Origin: Methanobacteriota archaeon
GTDB taxonomy: Archaea > JAADCQ01 > Methanopyri > Methanopyrales > Methanopyraceae
Reading direction: 5' to 3'
Assembly: GCA_027064425.1 (NCBI GenBank)
Contig: JAMOPO010000029.1
Coordinates: 1-42,185 of the forward strand
Length of the DNA stretch: 42,185 bases
This document shows positions 8,448 to 18,300 of this stretch, in pieces. Under the pieces are notes generated by a model. It worked only from the letters and a program-made list of their open reading frames with translations, made no database searches and was not told the origin of the DNA. Position numbers and translations under genes: made by a program. Every line of letters starts with the position of its first letter. The stretch's first letter is position 1.

Positions 8448-9494
8448 GTGGGTCTGGCGGAGCTGCGGGAGCTGATTGAGCCGGAGGAGACGGAGTTAAA
8501 GGCTCTGTCCGGCCGGGAGATCGCGATCGACGCGTTCAACGCGCTGTACCAGTTCCTGACCACGATCATGAAGGATGGGCGCCCGCTCATGGACTCGGAG
8601 GGCCGGATCACGAGCCACCTGAACGGCCTCCTCTACCGCACGGTGAACCTAGTGGAGGAGGGGATCAAGCCCGTTTACGTGTTCGACGGCGAGCCGCCGG
8701 AGCTGAAGCGGCGGACCCTGCGCGAGCGGGAGGAGCGGAAGAAGGAGGCGGAGGAGCGGCTGAAGCGCGCCTCCTCCCGGGAAGAGCGCGAGAAGTACGC
8801 GCGGCAGGTCGTGCGGCTTAGCGACGAGCTGATCGAGGACGCGAAGCGGTTGCTCGAGCTGATGGGCATCCCCTGGGTGCAGGCCCCGTCCGAGGGCGAG
8901 GCGCAGTGCGCGCACATGGCCCGGGAGGGCGACGTGTGGGCGGCGGGTAGTCAGGACTACGACTCGCTCCTCTTCGGGGCGCCCCGGCTCGTACGAAACC
9001 TCACGATCGTGGGCCAGCGGAAGCACCCGCACACGGGCGAGATCATCGAGGTGAAGCCGGAGATCCTGGAGCTGGACGACGTGCTCGACCAGCTGGGTCT
9101 GGACTCGCGGGAGCAGCTGGTCGACCTCGCCATCCTGCTGGGCACGGATTACAACCCGGACGGGATCCCCGGGATCGGCCCGAAGCGCGCGCTTCAGCTG
9201 ATCCGGAAGTACGGGTCCCTGGACGAGCTCCAGGACACGGAGCTCTGGCCCAAGATCGAGCGGCACCTGCCGGCCGAACCGGAGGAGATCCGATCACTGT
9301 TCCTGGAACCGAAGGTGACGGACGACTACGAGCTCGAGTGGGAGGAGCCGGACGAAGAAGGGATCGTCGAGTTCCTGGTCGAGGAGCGGGACTTCTCCGA
9401 GGACCGGGTCCGGCGCGCCGTCGAGCGACTTCGGAAGGCGATGAAGGAGCTCGGCAGAAAGGGCAAGCAGGAGACGCTCGACGCCTTCTTCTAG
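8448..9494 (+). CDS. fen: Flap endonuclease 1
   Basis: [40 protein letters not shown]; C-terminal PIP box QETLDAFF. Confidence 0.98.
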   Translation: MGLAELRELIEPEETELKALSGREIAIDAFNALYQFLTTIMKDGRPLMDSEGRITSHLNGLLYRTVNLVEEGIKPVYVFDGEPPELKRRTLREREERKKEAEERLKRASSREEREKYARQVVRLSDELIEDAKRLLELMGIPWVQAPSEGEAQCAHMAREGDVWAAGSQDYDSLLFGAPRLVRNLTIVGQRKHPHTGEIIEVKPEILELDDVLDQLGLDSREQLVDLAILLGTDYNPDGIPGIGPKRALQLIRKYGSLDELQDTELWPKIERHLPAEPEEIRSLFLEPKVTDDYELEWEEPDEEGIVEFLVEERDFSEDRVRRAVERLRKAMKELGRKGKQETLDAFF

Positions 9495-9505
9495 CCGACC
9501 TCCCC

Positions 9506-10285
9506 CTAACCGAAGGCGAGCGCGCCGATCAACCACCCGAAGGCCAGGAGCAGAGAGACGTCCACGAGGGTGGTGGCGACCGAGAGCCAGGGGCCCGTCC
9601 TCGGCCCCGTGACGGCCAGTGTAGCCGGACCGCAGCTGCGCAGGAGTCGGCCCACGTACGCCGCCCCCGCGCCCAGGATGGCGACCCAGTACGCCTCCCT
9701 CGGACTCAGAGCCCCGCGCTCCATGAGCCCGGCCAGCACGGAGCAGCCCGCCAGCGGGTTCACGAGGAACGCCCCCAGCACGGCCCCGTGGGGCGCCCAG
9801 GCGGAGGCGTGGTGGGCTAGGAGCGTGCCGATCGCCACGCCGGGGAAGAGGTACCCGGCCGCCCTGGCGGTGGACCGCAGCGCGGCCCGGAGCGCGGTCG
9901 ACCAAGAGGCGTGACTCGGGGGCTCGACCCGGGTCCCGCGCAGCGCGATCGCGCCCGCGAGGATCTCCGTCACGTCCACGAGAGTCAGCGCCGCGGCGTA
10001 AGGACCCCCAACCTTCACCCCTAGGATCGCCAGCGAGTTGAACCAGATGGAGACGAGGTACGGGAGCGAGTTGAAGGAGAGCTTGGCGGCGAGCAACTTT
10101 GGTCCTCGGAGCCCCACCTCGCGCGCCGCCGCGAGCGCCGCGTGAGGGTTGATCATCCCGAGCACGACCAGCGAGACGGCTCCCGTGGCCCGGGTGGACG
10201 ACGCCGCCCCTAGGCCGTGGGCGACCAGGTAACCGGCGCCGATCATCGCGAGTGACTCCGCCGCGCTCCACAGGGCGCTCCCCAT
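9506..10285 (-). CDS. Hypothetical integral membrane protein (possibly Gate/nucleoside-recognition type)
   Basis: Hydrophobic ORF with several TM segments and an internal repeat (INPHA / VNPLA); start uncertain. Confidence 0.6.
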   Translation of the reverse strand: MGSALWSAAESLAMIGAGYLVAHGLGAASSTRATGAVSLVVLGMINPHAALAAAREVGLRGPKLLAAKLSFNSLPYLVSIWFNSLAILGVKVGGPYAAALTLVDVTEILAGAIALRGTRVEPPSHASWSTALRAALRSTARAAGYLFPGVAIGTLLAHHASAWAPHGAVLGAFLVNPLAGCSVLAGLMERGALSPREAYWVAILGAGAAYVGRLLRSCGPATLAVTGPRTGPWLSVATTLVDVSLLLAFGWLIGALAFG

Positions 10286-10316
10286 CCCTGCCAACGAGAC
10301 CACCCGGGGGATCGGG

Positions 10317-11198
10317 TTGGAGGTCGAGCTCGTGGAGCTGGAGCTGCGGCGGTCCTTCCGGATCTCTCGGGGCGCGGTGGATCGGGTGAGGGGATACCTG
10401 TGCCGCTGCGAGGTTGCGGGCGGCCGCGGGACCGGGTTCGGCCTCTCCGAGCGGGTAGCGGAGGAGATAGCGGCGCTGGACGCTCTGGCTCGAGCCGCCA
10501 GCCTCCCGCTCCGCGAGGTGCTCGGTGGAGGCCGGTCTCGGGTCCGCTCGTTCGCCACCGTAGACCTGGTGGACCCGGTCCGGGCTGGGGAGATCGCCCG
10601 GGACTACCACCGGGCCGGGTACGAGCTGATCAAGGTTAAGGTTGGGTCCGGGGACCTGGAGGAGGACGTCCGTAGGGTCCGGGCGTGCGTTCGGGCCGGG
10701 AACTTTCGGGCGCTGATCGTGGACGGCAACGCCGGGCTGAGCGCAGAGGAAACGCTGGAGTTGCTCGACCGGGTGGAGTTCGGCGGGAGGGTTTACCTGG
10801 AGCAGCCGACGCCGCTGGAGGAGCTGGATGAAGTTCGGGAGTCCTGTGACGTCCCGGTGATCGTGGACGCGATGGACGTGGGCGGGGACCGGCTGGAGGA
10901 GGTCCTCGGGGAGGGCTCGTTCGACCTCGTGAACGTGAAGGTGCAGGAGCTGGGGCTGCTCGGCGGTCTGAGGGTCGCCCGCAGGGCCCGCGAGGTCGGG
11001 CTGGGCGTCATGGTGGGCTGCGCGGTGGAGAGCTTCTGCTCGATCGCGGCCGCGGCCCACCTCGCGGCGGCGGTCGACGCCGACCTGTGCGACCTGGACG
11101 GTCATATCTTCCTGCGGGACGACGTGGTGAAGAACCCCGGACACGCCCCGGAGTTCAAGCTCACGGGACCGGGGTGGAGAGTGGAGGTTGAGCGGTAG
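10317..11198 (+). CDS. Enolase-superfamily dipeptide epimerase/racemase (DgcA-like)
   Basis: KVKVG, DGN, EQP, NVK, MVGC and DLDG motifs. Confidence 0.85.
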   Translation: MEVELVELELRRSFRISRGAVDRVRGYLCRCEVAGGRGTGFGLSERVAEEIAALDALARAASLPLREVLGGGRSRVRSFATVDLVDPVRAGEIARDYHRAGYELIKVKVGSGDLEEDVRRVRACVRAGNFRALIVDGNAGLSAEETLELLDRVEFGGRVYLEQPTPLEELDEVRESCDVPVIVDAMDVGGDRLEEVLGEGSFDLVNVKVQELGLLGGLRVARRAREVGLGVMVGCAVESFCSIAAAAHLAAAVDADLCDLDGHIFLRDDVVKNPGHAPEFKLTGPGWRVEVER

Positions 11199-12234
11199 CC
11201 TGCTCCCGCACGGGGAGGGCACTCCCGCGCTGGTGCTGTGTCACGGTGCGTTCACGAGCCCGCAGGGGAAGACGGCCCACGGGCTGCTCCGGTTCGGTCG
11301 GATCTACGAGGTGAGGGGTGTGGTGGACCGGGAGGTGGCGGGGAGGTCGGCGAGCGACGTGGATCCCGACTTCCCGGACGTCCCGGTGTTCGAGTCGGTC
11401 GAGGAGGCGCTGGAGGAGGTCAAGGCGGAGGTCCTGCTGATTGGGGCGGCGCCGCCGGGTGGCAGGCTGACGGAGGAGTGGCGGCGGGAGGTCGTTGCGG
11501 CGATCAAGGCGGGGTTGGACGTGGTCAGCGGCCTGCACGAGTTCCTGTCGGAGGACCCGGAGATCTCCCGGCTGGCGGAGGAGCGTGGCGTCAAGTTGGT
11601 CGACGTCAGGAGGCCCCGTCGGGAGCTGTTCCGGGTGGCGGACGGGTCGGTGCGGGACGTGGACGCGACGGTCGTCCTGACGATGGGCACGGACTGTGCG
11701 GTGGGCAAGATGTCGGCGGCCTTGGAGCTCCGGGACCGGCTCCGGGACATGGGCGTCGAGGCGGCGTTCCTGGCCACGGGGCAGACGGGGATCATGGTGG
11801 GCGCGGAGGAGGGCGTGGTGGTGGACCGGATGCCGGGGGATTTCATGGCCGGTGCGGTGGAGAAGCTCGTCGTCGACCTGGCCGAGGAGTACGAGGTGAT
11901 TCTGGTGGAGGGGCAGGGCGCGCTGAGTCACCCCGCCTACTCGGGCGTAGCCCTCGCTATCCTGCACGGGTGCTGGCCGGACGCCGTCGTGCTGGTGCAC
12001 GACCCGGAGCGCGAGCGGCGGGACGGGTTCCCGAGGTTCGAGGTGCCCGACCCGGAGGCGGAGATCGCGCTGATCGAGTCGCTTAGCCGGGCGGAGGTGG
12101 TGTCGGTGGCCCTGCGGGAGTACGATCGAGAGCTGGCGGACCGGCTGTCCGAGGAGGGGTACATCGTGGAGCGGTTGGGGGAGCTGAGCGGGACGGCCCG
12201 GCGGATCGAGGAGCTTCACCGGATGGGCCGCTGA
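11188..12234 (+). CDS. DUF1611 family protein (DgcN-like)
   Basis: GKTAHGLLR, GLH.FL, GTDCAVGKM, ATGQTG, VEGQG...HPAYS. Confidence 0.9.
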   Translation: MSGSLLPHGEGTPALVLCHGAFTSPQGKTAHGLLRFGRIYEVRGVVDREVAGRSASDVDPDFPDVPVFESVEEALEEVKAEVLLIGAAPPGGRLTEEWRREVVAAIKAGLDVVSGLHEFLSEDPEISRLAEERGVKLVDVRRPRRELFRVADGSVRDVDATVVLTMGTDCAVGKMSAALELRDRLRDMGVEAAFLATGQTGIMVGAEEGVVVDRMPGDFMAGAVEKLVVDLAEEYEVILVEGQGALSHPAYSGVALAILHGCWPDAVVLVHDPERERRDGFPRFEVPDPEAEIALIESLSRAEVVSVALREYDRELADRLSEEGYIVERLGELSGTARRIEELHRMGR

Positions 12235-12572
12235 GCCACCTTCTGGAGCGAGGAGTAGATGCCGTACGTCAGGTCCACGACGCCCAGGGCGGCGACCACC
12301 TCGTCCCCGTCCTTGATCGGCGAGACCACGACCGGGATGCCCTCGTAGGGCCCGGAGTCCGGGACCGTCCGGATCACCTCGCCGCGCTCCAGCACCTCCT
12401 CGAGCACGGGCCCGGTGTACTCGTCGTCCACCACCTTACCGTCCTCGATCCTCACCCCGGGCTTCTCTCGCGAGCGCATGGTCACGGGCAGCCGGTTCAC
12501 CAGCTCGTGAACCGCCATGGCGAGCGGGAGGAGCTCCCGGGCCGACGCGTCCGGGGCGATCCTCAAGCTCAA
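12216..12572 (-). CDS. DUF2111-like methanogen protein
   Basis: LPVTMRS, YTGPVLE, GPY.G.PV.V, ALGVVD. Confidence 0.8.
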   Translation of the reverse strand: MSLRIAPDASARELLPLAMAVHELVNRLPVTMRSREKPGVRIEDGKVVDDEYTGPVLEEVLERGEVIRTVPDSGPYEGIPVVVSPIKDGDEVVAALGVVDLTYGIYSSLQKVAQRPIR

Positions 12573-12624
12573 CCCCTTGGACCGTGGCGAAGGGAGCCGT
12601 GATAACCCCTCCGGGGGAGCCCGC

Positions 12625-13200
12625 GTGAGGCCTCGGTGTCACGAGTGTCCGGAACCCGGGGAGCGGTGCTCGGAGTGTGGGCTGGGTCGGGAGGAGGTGA
12701 GAGAGGCGCTGGAAGAGTACGAGCGGAGTGAGCTCTTCCGGCGCTCCTCGGAGATCGAGGCGGACGGGTACATGGAGTGGACCCGGGTGGAGGAGATCGC
12801 CGAGCTGTGCGAGCGGATGGGCTGGGAGCGGGTGGGCGTGGCGTTCTGCGTGGGGCTGTGGGAGGAGGCGAGGGCGCTTTGCAAGTTTCTTGAGAATAAG
12901 GGGCTAGAGGTCTACTCGGTCTGCTGCAAGGTAGGGGGTGTGCCGAAGGAGGAGTTTGACCTGCCCGAGCTGGAGCCCGGGGACGTGATCTGCAACCCGG
13001 TCGCTCAGGCGAGGATCCTCAACCGGGTGGGCACGGACCTGAACGTGCTGGTGGGGCTGTGCGTGGGACACGACGCGCTGTTCATCCGTGAGTCGGAGGC
13101 GCCGGTGACGGTGGCGGTGGTGAAGGACCGGAGGCTGGGGCACTGCCCGGCGCTGGCGCTGACCAACCGGTACTATCGGCGTCGGTTGGGGCTGGATTAG
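12625..13200 (+). CDS. DUF1847-like metal-binding protein
   Basis: TRVEE, GVAFC.GL, CCKVG, CNPVAQA, GLCVGHD, VKDR.LGH.P; GTG start. Confidence 0.85.
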   Translation: MRPRCHECPEPGERCSECGLGREEVREALEEYERSELFRRSSEIEADGYMEWTRVEEIAELCERMGWERVGVAFCVGLWEEARALCKFLENKGLEVYSVCCKVGGVPKEEFDLPELEPGDVICNPVAQARILNRVGTDLNVLVGLCVGHDALFIRESEAPVTVAVVKDRRLGHCPALALTNRYYRRRLGLD

Positions 13201-14117
13201 GCGAGCCCGAGCTTCTCCAGGACCGGCGTGCAGTCGATCTGGTGCGTGTGCAGGGCGAGCTCGTCGGGGTCCATGCCGAAGGCTAGACCGGCCAGCTGGC
13301 AGTAGTGGAACACCGGCAGCTCCTTCGGCGGTAGCTTCTCGAAGTGCTCCTTCATCTCCACCTGACCTCGGTCGAACTGCAGGTGGCAGAACGGGCACAC
13401 GTTGGTCGTGCACTCGGCCCCCGCCTCGAGCATGTTCATGATCTTCTCCCGGGTGAAGTGCAGCGAGACCTTGAGCTCCCTGGACCGCACACCGCCTCCC
13501 GCGCCGCAGCACATGATCTTGTCCTTGTAATCCACGGACTCGGCGCCCAGCGCCTCCACCAGCTCGTCCAGGGTGTGCGGGTCCTCGGGGGAGTCGGGCG
13601 TGTCCGTGACCTCCGAGGGCTTGAGCAGGTGGCAGCCGTAGTGGACCGCGACCTTCAGCGGCTCCCCATCCTCCTTCTCCAGCGGCCGCTCGACCTGCTT
13701 TTCGATCTTCTTCACGCCGACCTCCTCGTACAGGAACGTGTCCACGTGGTGCACCTCGACCGTGCCCTTGTACTCCCGGTCAATCTCGGCGAGCTTCTCG
13801 TTCACGAAGTCGCGGAGCTCGTCGTTCTCCTTGAGCAGGTGGTTAGCCTCGTTGAGGGAGCCGTAGCAGCCGTTGCAGACGGTGAGGATGTCGTAGCCCT
13901 TCTCCTCCGCGATGGAGAGGTTCCGGGCGGCGATGGTCACCCAGGTCTTGAGGTCGAAGGAGCCGAAGACTCCCGGCGCCGGGCAGCAGGAGGCGCCGTC
14001 CATGTCCACCAGCTCGTAGCCCAGCTTCTCGAAGACCAGCCGCGTCGCCTTCTCAACGCCCGGGTACCGGTTCGGCATGATGCAGCCGAGGAAGAAGCAG
14101 AGCTTCTTCTTCGCCAA
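13197..14117 (-). CDS. hdrB: CoB-CoM heterodisulfide reductase subunit B
   Basis: FLGC.MPNRYPG, two CCG domains ([15 protein letters not shown]), CPFCHLQFD. Confidence 0.97.
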   Translation of the reverse strand: MAKKKLCFFLGCIMPNRYPGVEKATRLVFEKLGYELVDMDGASCCPAPGVFGSFDLKTWVTIAARNLSIAEEKGYDILTVCNGCYGSLNEANHLLKENDELRDFVNEKLAEIDREYKGTVEVHHVDTFLYEEVGVKKIEKQVERPLEKEDGEPLKVAVHYGCHLLKPSEVTDTPDSPEDPHTLDELVEALGAESVDYKDKIMCCGAGGGVRSRELKVSLHFTREKIMNMLEAGAECTTNVCPFCHLQFDRGQVEMKEHFEKLPPKELPVFHYCQLAGLAFGMDPDELALHTHQIDCTPVLEKLGLA

Positions 14118-14132
14118 GGGGGACTCCCCCGG

Positions 14133-14711
14133 CTAGTCCTTCAGCTCACCCTTCTCCCAGTCGTACCCGATCAGCTCGTCGAAGCCGGTGAGCTTGACCA
14201 GCTTCTGCACCTCCTCCAGCGCCTCCTCGTAGCGGTGCGTGGTGGGTGGGACCTCGTCCAGCCCGATCTCCTTCCGGGTCTCCCGGATCTCATCGTTGAT
14301 GGGAACCGCGTGCCCCGTCTTGATCACGAACATCGCGACCATCCGGTGCGCCTTGGCCATGTGCCCCTCGCTGGCGGCGTAGTTCCGCGTCGCCTTGATC
14401 GCGTCCACGATCTTGACGCCGCGCGGACAGCGCTCGTAGCAGGTGTAGCACGTGGTGCACATCCACAGCTCGTCGCTCTTGATGACCTCATCCACCAGAC
14501 CCATCTGGAGCTTCCGCATGAGCACGCGCGTGCGGTACGCCGTCCTCCGACCGCTCGGGCACGAGCCCGTGCACGTTCCGCACTGGTAGCAGGCCTGGAC
14601 CGAGAGCACCTCCTCTTCCTCGAACACCGGTTCCACCTTCTCCGCCAGCTTCTCCAGGAACTCGGTATCCAGCTCCTCGTACCGGATCACGCGGTCCCGA
14701 GGCTCGACCAA
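14133..14711 (-). CDS. hdrC: Heterodisulfide reductase subunit C
   Basis: CYQCGTCTGSCP and CTTCYTCYERCP 2x[4Fe-4S] motifs; TTG start chosen. Confidence 0.96.
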   Translation of the reverse strand: MVEPRDRVIRYEELDTEFLEKLAEKVEPVFEEEEVLSVQACYQCGTCTGSCPSGRRTAYRTRVLMRKLQMGLVDEVIKSDELWMCTTCYTCYERCPRGVKIVDAIKATRNYAASEGHMAKAHRMVAMFVIKTGHAVPINDEIRETRKEIGLDEVPPTTHRYEEALEEVQKLVKLTGFDELIGYDWEKGELKD

Positions 14712-14797
14712 CGCCGAGCCCCGCCTCGTCGTCCGGCCAGGAACATTTTTACGATACACTACGGCGGTCCGCGTGTAGCAACGCTCAACGTCAACTA

Positions 14798-15571
14798 GTG
14801 GGGCAACGGGCTGTGAAGCTGGACGTTGACGTAGCCATCCGGGTCAACGGCGTCCTGCTAACGCCCGACGAGCTCGAGCTCCTGGTCAAGCTCTCGGAGA
14901 TGGGCTCCATGTCCAAGGTGGCGGAGGAGGTCGGCGTCACCAGGTCCGCGGTGCACAAGCGAATCCGGAGCCTCGAGGAGCGCCTCGGGTACCGGCTCGT
15001 CGAGTCCAGCCCGCTCGGATCGCACCTGACCGAGCACGGACGGAAGATCGTCGTAAAGTACCTGAACGCCAAGAATCAGCTCTCCAGCTCGGAGATGACG
15101 GTGGCCTGCTCCGAGACGGTCGTGGAGGAAGTCCTCTCCGCCCTCGGCGACAGCGGGGACAGCGTCAACATCATCGTCCCACCGCACAAGAAAATGAGCC
15201 GGATCGAGGCGGACGTGATCATCCCGGACGATCCAGTCGTCGCGTTCGACCGCTCGGAGGAGGCCGACAGTGATCCCATCGTCGTCCGACGCACCAGGCT
15301 CGTCCGAGTCGGCGACGGGGACAGGTTCGTCGAGGTCCCGGGGAGCGCCCAGCGGCTGTACCTGGCGGATAAGGGGGAGGCGCCGGCCGCCGCGCACGTG
15401 GCTTACTACTTCTCCGCCCTGAAGAAGGTAAGGGAGGGGGACTTCTGGACCGTCGTGCCCCAGGAGCTGGCCCCTGAGGCCGCCGAGGAGGGACCGGAGT
15501 ACACTATTATGGCGCTGCCCCTGACGCGGGAAGGGGAGGAAATCGTTGAGGTGCTGGATCGTGCTCGCTAG
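14798..15571 (+). CDS. LysR/ModE-type HTH transcriptional regulator
   Basis: GSMSKVAEEVGVTRSAVHKRIRSLEERLG..LV...GS.LT..G; divergent from hdrCB. Confidence 0.85.
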   Translation: MGQRAVKLDVDVAIRVNGVLLTPDELELLVKLSEMGSMSKVAEEVGVTRSAVHKRIRSLEERLGYRLVESSPLGSHLTEHGRKIVVKYLNAKNQLSSSEMTVACSETVVEEVLSALGDSGDSVNIIVPPHKKMSRIEADVIIPDDPVVAFDRSEEADSDPIVVRRTRLVRVGDGDRFVEVPGSAQRLYLADKGEAPAAAHVAYYFSALKKVREGDFWTVVPQELAPEAAEEGPEYTIMALPLTREGEEIVEVLDRAR

Positions 15572-15902
15572 CCTGCTGCTCCTGGCGACCCCGGTCGCCG
15601 GGCAGGACCAGGCCCAGCAGAAGCCGCCGCAGGGCCCGCCTCAGCAGCGGCCGCCGGGTGGTCCGCTCATCGACGCCGGAGGCGGTGGCGCGGCACCACA
15701 AGCTCCCACGGGGGCCGGGCCCGCGGGGAGTGCGGCCGGGGGAGGCGTGACCGGCGGCGCAGGGTACCAGCTCACGAGTCCCCTGTACTCCGTCATGTGG
15801 GCGACGTCGGAGATACCGTGGTTCCCGGTGGGGCTGATCCTGGCGGCCGCGCTCGGGTACTACGTGGGGAGCCGGAAGGGGCCTTCGCCCTGGGAGGAGT
15901 AG
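15546..15902 (+). CDS. Small exported/membrane-anchored protein with a Q/P/G low-complexity linker
   Basis: Signal-peptide-like N-terminus, Q/P/G-rich middle, C-terminal TM helix. Confidence 0.6.
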   Translation: MRCWIVLASLLLLATPVAGQDQAQQKPPQGPPQQRPPGGPLIDAGGGGAAPQAPTGAGPAGSAAGGGVTGGAGYQLTSPLYSVMWATSEIPWFPVGLILAAALGYYVGSRKGPSPWEE

Positions 15903-15911
15903 AAGGGCGGG

Positions 15912-16613
15912 CTAGGGGATCGGGATCTCGGTGATGGACTCACCGACGCGCTTCAGCGCGGCCGGGTCCAGCGCCACCACCACGCACTCGTCCGGGACGC
16001 CGGCGTAGGTCCGTGAGCCGTTGCACCCGAGCGTGACGTTGATCCCGCCGCGCTTGACGATGGCGCCGACCGCGTCGCCGCACAGTGACTGGATGCCGGA
16101 GAAGCCCGCCTCCACGCGCCCCCCTTCTTGGTACAGGTACGCCTGGACGATGTGCATCGCCTGCTTGGGCTCGCAGACGATCAGGACGGAGTCGGGCACC
16201 GTCTCGGCCTCCACGGCCCGCTCGTAGGAGACCGCCTCGTACACGCCCTCACCGTCGTACGCCTTGGGCACGCGCTCCACCGTCCGCTTGGCCGCGGACA
16301 GGGTGGCGTGCTGTCCCAGCTCCTCGTGGTAGAACCGGCCGGTCCGCACGGGCTCTGGGATGTCGCAGAGTCCGATCGCGGCGGCCCCGCCCTTGCACAG
16401 CTGCTCGTCCGGCGTGGTGTACACCCTGTCCAGCTCTCCCTTGGCCACCTGCATGACCAGCTCGCAGTGCCGGAGCTTCTCCTCGACGCGCTCGTACGCG
16501 TCCGGCACCTCGTCCTCGGACAGGTACAGCTTGATGGCCACGGGATCAAGCTCAAGGTCGAGGGTGTCCACAACGGCGCTCGCCGCCTCGCGAACGTCCT
16601 CCCTCCGGGTCAT
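15912..16613 (-). CDS. DUF169 family protein
   Basis: PVAIKL, RHCE, C.GGAAA.G, QSLCGD, LGCNGSR; ATG at 16613. Confidence 0.85.
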   Translation of the reverse strand: MTRREDVREAASAVVDTLDLELDPVAIKLYLSEDEVPDAYERVEEKLRHCELVMQVAKGELDRVYTTPDEQLCKGGAAAIGLCDIPEPVRTGRFYHEELGQHATLSAAKRTVERVPKAYDGEGVYEAVSYERAVEAETVPDSVLIVCEPKQAMHIVQAYLYQEGGRVEAGFSGIQSLCGDAVGAIVKRGGINVTLGCNGSRTYAGVPDECVVVALDPAALKRVGESITEIPIP

Positions 16614-16692
16614 GCGAATGCCCCCGCTCGTTCGTTGGTCGCGAACTACCGCGGCGTTTCCATACTTCAGTGTTTCGATCGGGGGGCGGAGC

Positions 16693-17091
16693 TTGCCCAG
16701 GAATACACTCTTCGTGGAACTAGCCAAGGGCGCGGCCGAGCTCACGCCGGAGAAGATCCTCTCGTGCGTGTTCGGGGTCTCGGAGTTCGAGGCTGAGGTC
16801 TACTTCAAGATGCTCGAGCACCGGGACGAGGCCCCCTTCACGGTGGAGGAGGTGGGCGAGCTGATCGGCCGGAGCCGCAGCACCGCGCAGAAGATCCTGA
16901 AGTCGCTGCTCAGCGTGGGACTGGTCCGACGGCAGGAGGAGACGCTGCCGGGAGGCGGCCGGCGCTACCTGTACGAGCCGACCCCGTGGGAGGAGGTGAC
17001 CGAGCTGGGGCTGGAGAGCCTCGAGCGCGTGTACCGGGAAGTTAAAAAATGGTTCAAGAGCTACCGGCCGGCCGAGGGGGAGGACGGGTAA
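16693..17091 (+). CDS. TrmB-like wHTH transcriptional regulator
   Basis: CVFG.S..E.EVY...L, TVEEV...[11 protein letters not shown]...GLV.R, GGRRYLY. Confidence 0.85.
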   Translation: MPRNTLFVELAKGAAELTPEKILSCVFGVSEFEAEVYFKMLEHRDEAPFTVEEVGELIGRSRSTAQKILKSLLSVGLVRRQEETLPGGGRRYLYEPTPWEEVTELGLESLERVYREVKKWFKSYRPAEGEDG

Positions 17092-17303
17092 TGTCGAAGC
17101 GGCGCCCGTTCAAGGCGGAGAAGGTGGAGACGAGGGACGGTGAGATCCTGCTGCGGTGCCCACGGTGCGGCGCGCTGTTCAGGGACCAGAAGTCGTACTC
17201 CCGGCACATCAACAAGTCGCACCTGTACAAGAAGAACCGGCCGAAGCGGATCCTGAAAAAGATGAAAAAGCGCGGTGACCCGCTGGTCACGGAGGAGCGG
17301 TGA
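17091..17303 (+). CDS. Small basic C2H2 zinc-finger protein
   Basis: RCPRCGALF...[10 protein letters not shown]. Confidence 0.8.
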   Translation: MSKRRPFKAEKVETRDGEILLRCPRCGALFRDQKSYSRHINKSHLYKKNRPKRILKKMKKRGDPLVTEER

Positions 17304-17359
17304 TGGGGAGCAGGCTGAGCGCCGAGGCCGCCGGCCGGTGAGGAAAAGCCCGGAGCCGA
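17300..17359 (+). ncRNA. Degenerate box C/D sRNA candidate
   Basis: C GTGATGG, D' CCGA, C' CCGGTGA, D CCGA; exactly fills the gap between convergent genes. Confidence 0.45.
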
Positions 17360-17361
17360 CG

Positions 17362-17814
17362 CTACACGTCCAGCTTCCCCTGCTTCCACAGGTCGATCAC
17401 CCGGCGCACGATCTTCACCGTGCTGTCCAGCGGGCAGTCCTCGTACCGCTCGATCCGAACCACCTCGCAGTCCACCCCCGCACGCTCGGCCCACCGGCGG
17501 ACGTCCTCCTCGCTGATGTCCTGGTCCGGGCCCAGCGCCACGATGTCAGGCCTCACCTTTTCCAGCGTGACCGAGAAGTCCTTGGGATGGCCCAGCACCG
17601 CCCGGTCCACCGGCTTGAGCGCCTCCACCATCCTCACCCGCTGCTCCTCCGGCACGATCGGTGTGCGCTTAAACCGTCGGACCGTCTCGTCCCGGGCCAC
17701 GACCACGATCAGCTCCCCATCCTCCCCCGCCAGCCGCTTGGCCTCCTCCAGGAAGGCCACGTGACCCGGATGCAGGAGGTCGAAGACACCGCCCGCGAGG
17801 ACCCTCCTGCCCAC
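17362..17814 (-). CDS. ribL: Archaeal FAD synthetase (cytidylyltransferase family)
   Basis: GGVFDLLHPGH, VVARD, PIVPEEQR, LGPDQ, ST.KI. Confidence 0.9.
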   Translation of the reverse strand: MGRRVLAGGVFDLLHPGHVAFLEEAKRLAGEDGELIVVVARDETVRRFKRTPIVPEEQRVRMVEALKPVDRAVLGHPKDFSVTLEKVRPDIVALGPDQDISEEDVRRWAERAGVDCEVVRIERYEDCPLDSTVKIVRRVIDLWKQGKLDV

Positions 17815-17843
17815 CGTTCATCCCCCTAAACCGGGCCGCCGGG

Positions 17844-18296
17844 GTGTCCACGTTGGCTAAGGTGTTCATCCACCCGCCGAACAGCCTGATCCTCCACGAC
17901 CTGGTGGAGCGCTTCGGGCACGAGCCGCTCTCCCTGCCGAAGGAGGTGGGTAAGAGGGTTCGGGACCCCGAGATCGACTCGCCGCCGATGAACGTGACCC
18001 CCCGCGACCCCAAGAGGGGGCTCAAGTACGCGGCGGTGGAGGTGCCCTCCGGCGTCCGCGGGCGGCTCGCCATCATCGGCCCGCTCATCGAGAAGGCGGA
18101 CGCGGCCATCCTGGTCCGCAACGTCGAGGACCTCTCCTTCGGCTGCGTCGGTTGCGACCGGACGAACGAGTTCATCGTGCACCTCGTCCGGCGCCGCGGG
18201 ATCCCCACCCTGGAGCTGGAGTACCCCGAGGACGAGGAGGAGGCCCGCGCCTTCGTCCGGGAGGTGAAGGAGTTCCTCGAGTCGCTGGAGGGGTGA
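17844..18296 (+). CDS. mmp5: Methanogenesis marker protein 5
   Basis: [51 protein letters not shown]. Confidence 0.9.
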   Translation: MSTLAKVFIHPPNSLILHDLVERFGHEPLSLPKEVGKRVRDPEIDSPPMNVTPRDPKRGLKYAAVEVPSGVRGRLAIIGPLIEKADAAILVRNVEDLSFGCVGCDRTNEFIVHLVRRRGIPTLELEYPEDEEEARAFVREVKEFLESLEG

Positions 18297-18300
18297 GCCG

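Noticed and set aside
13197-14711. hdrBC without hdrA
   Set aside because: Separate location of hdrA is normal in hydrogenotrophic methanogens.
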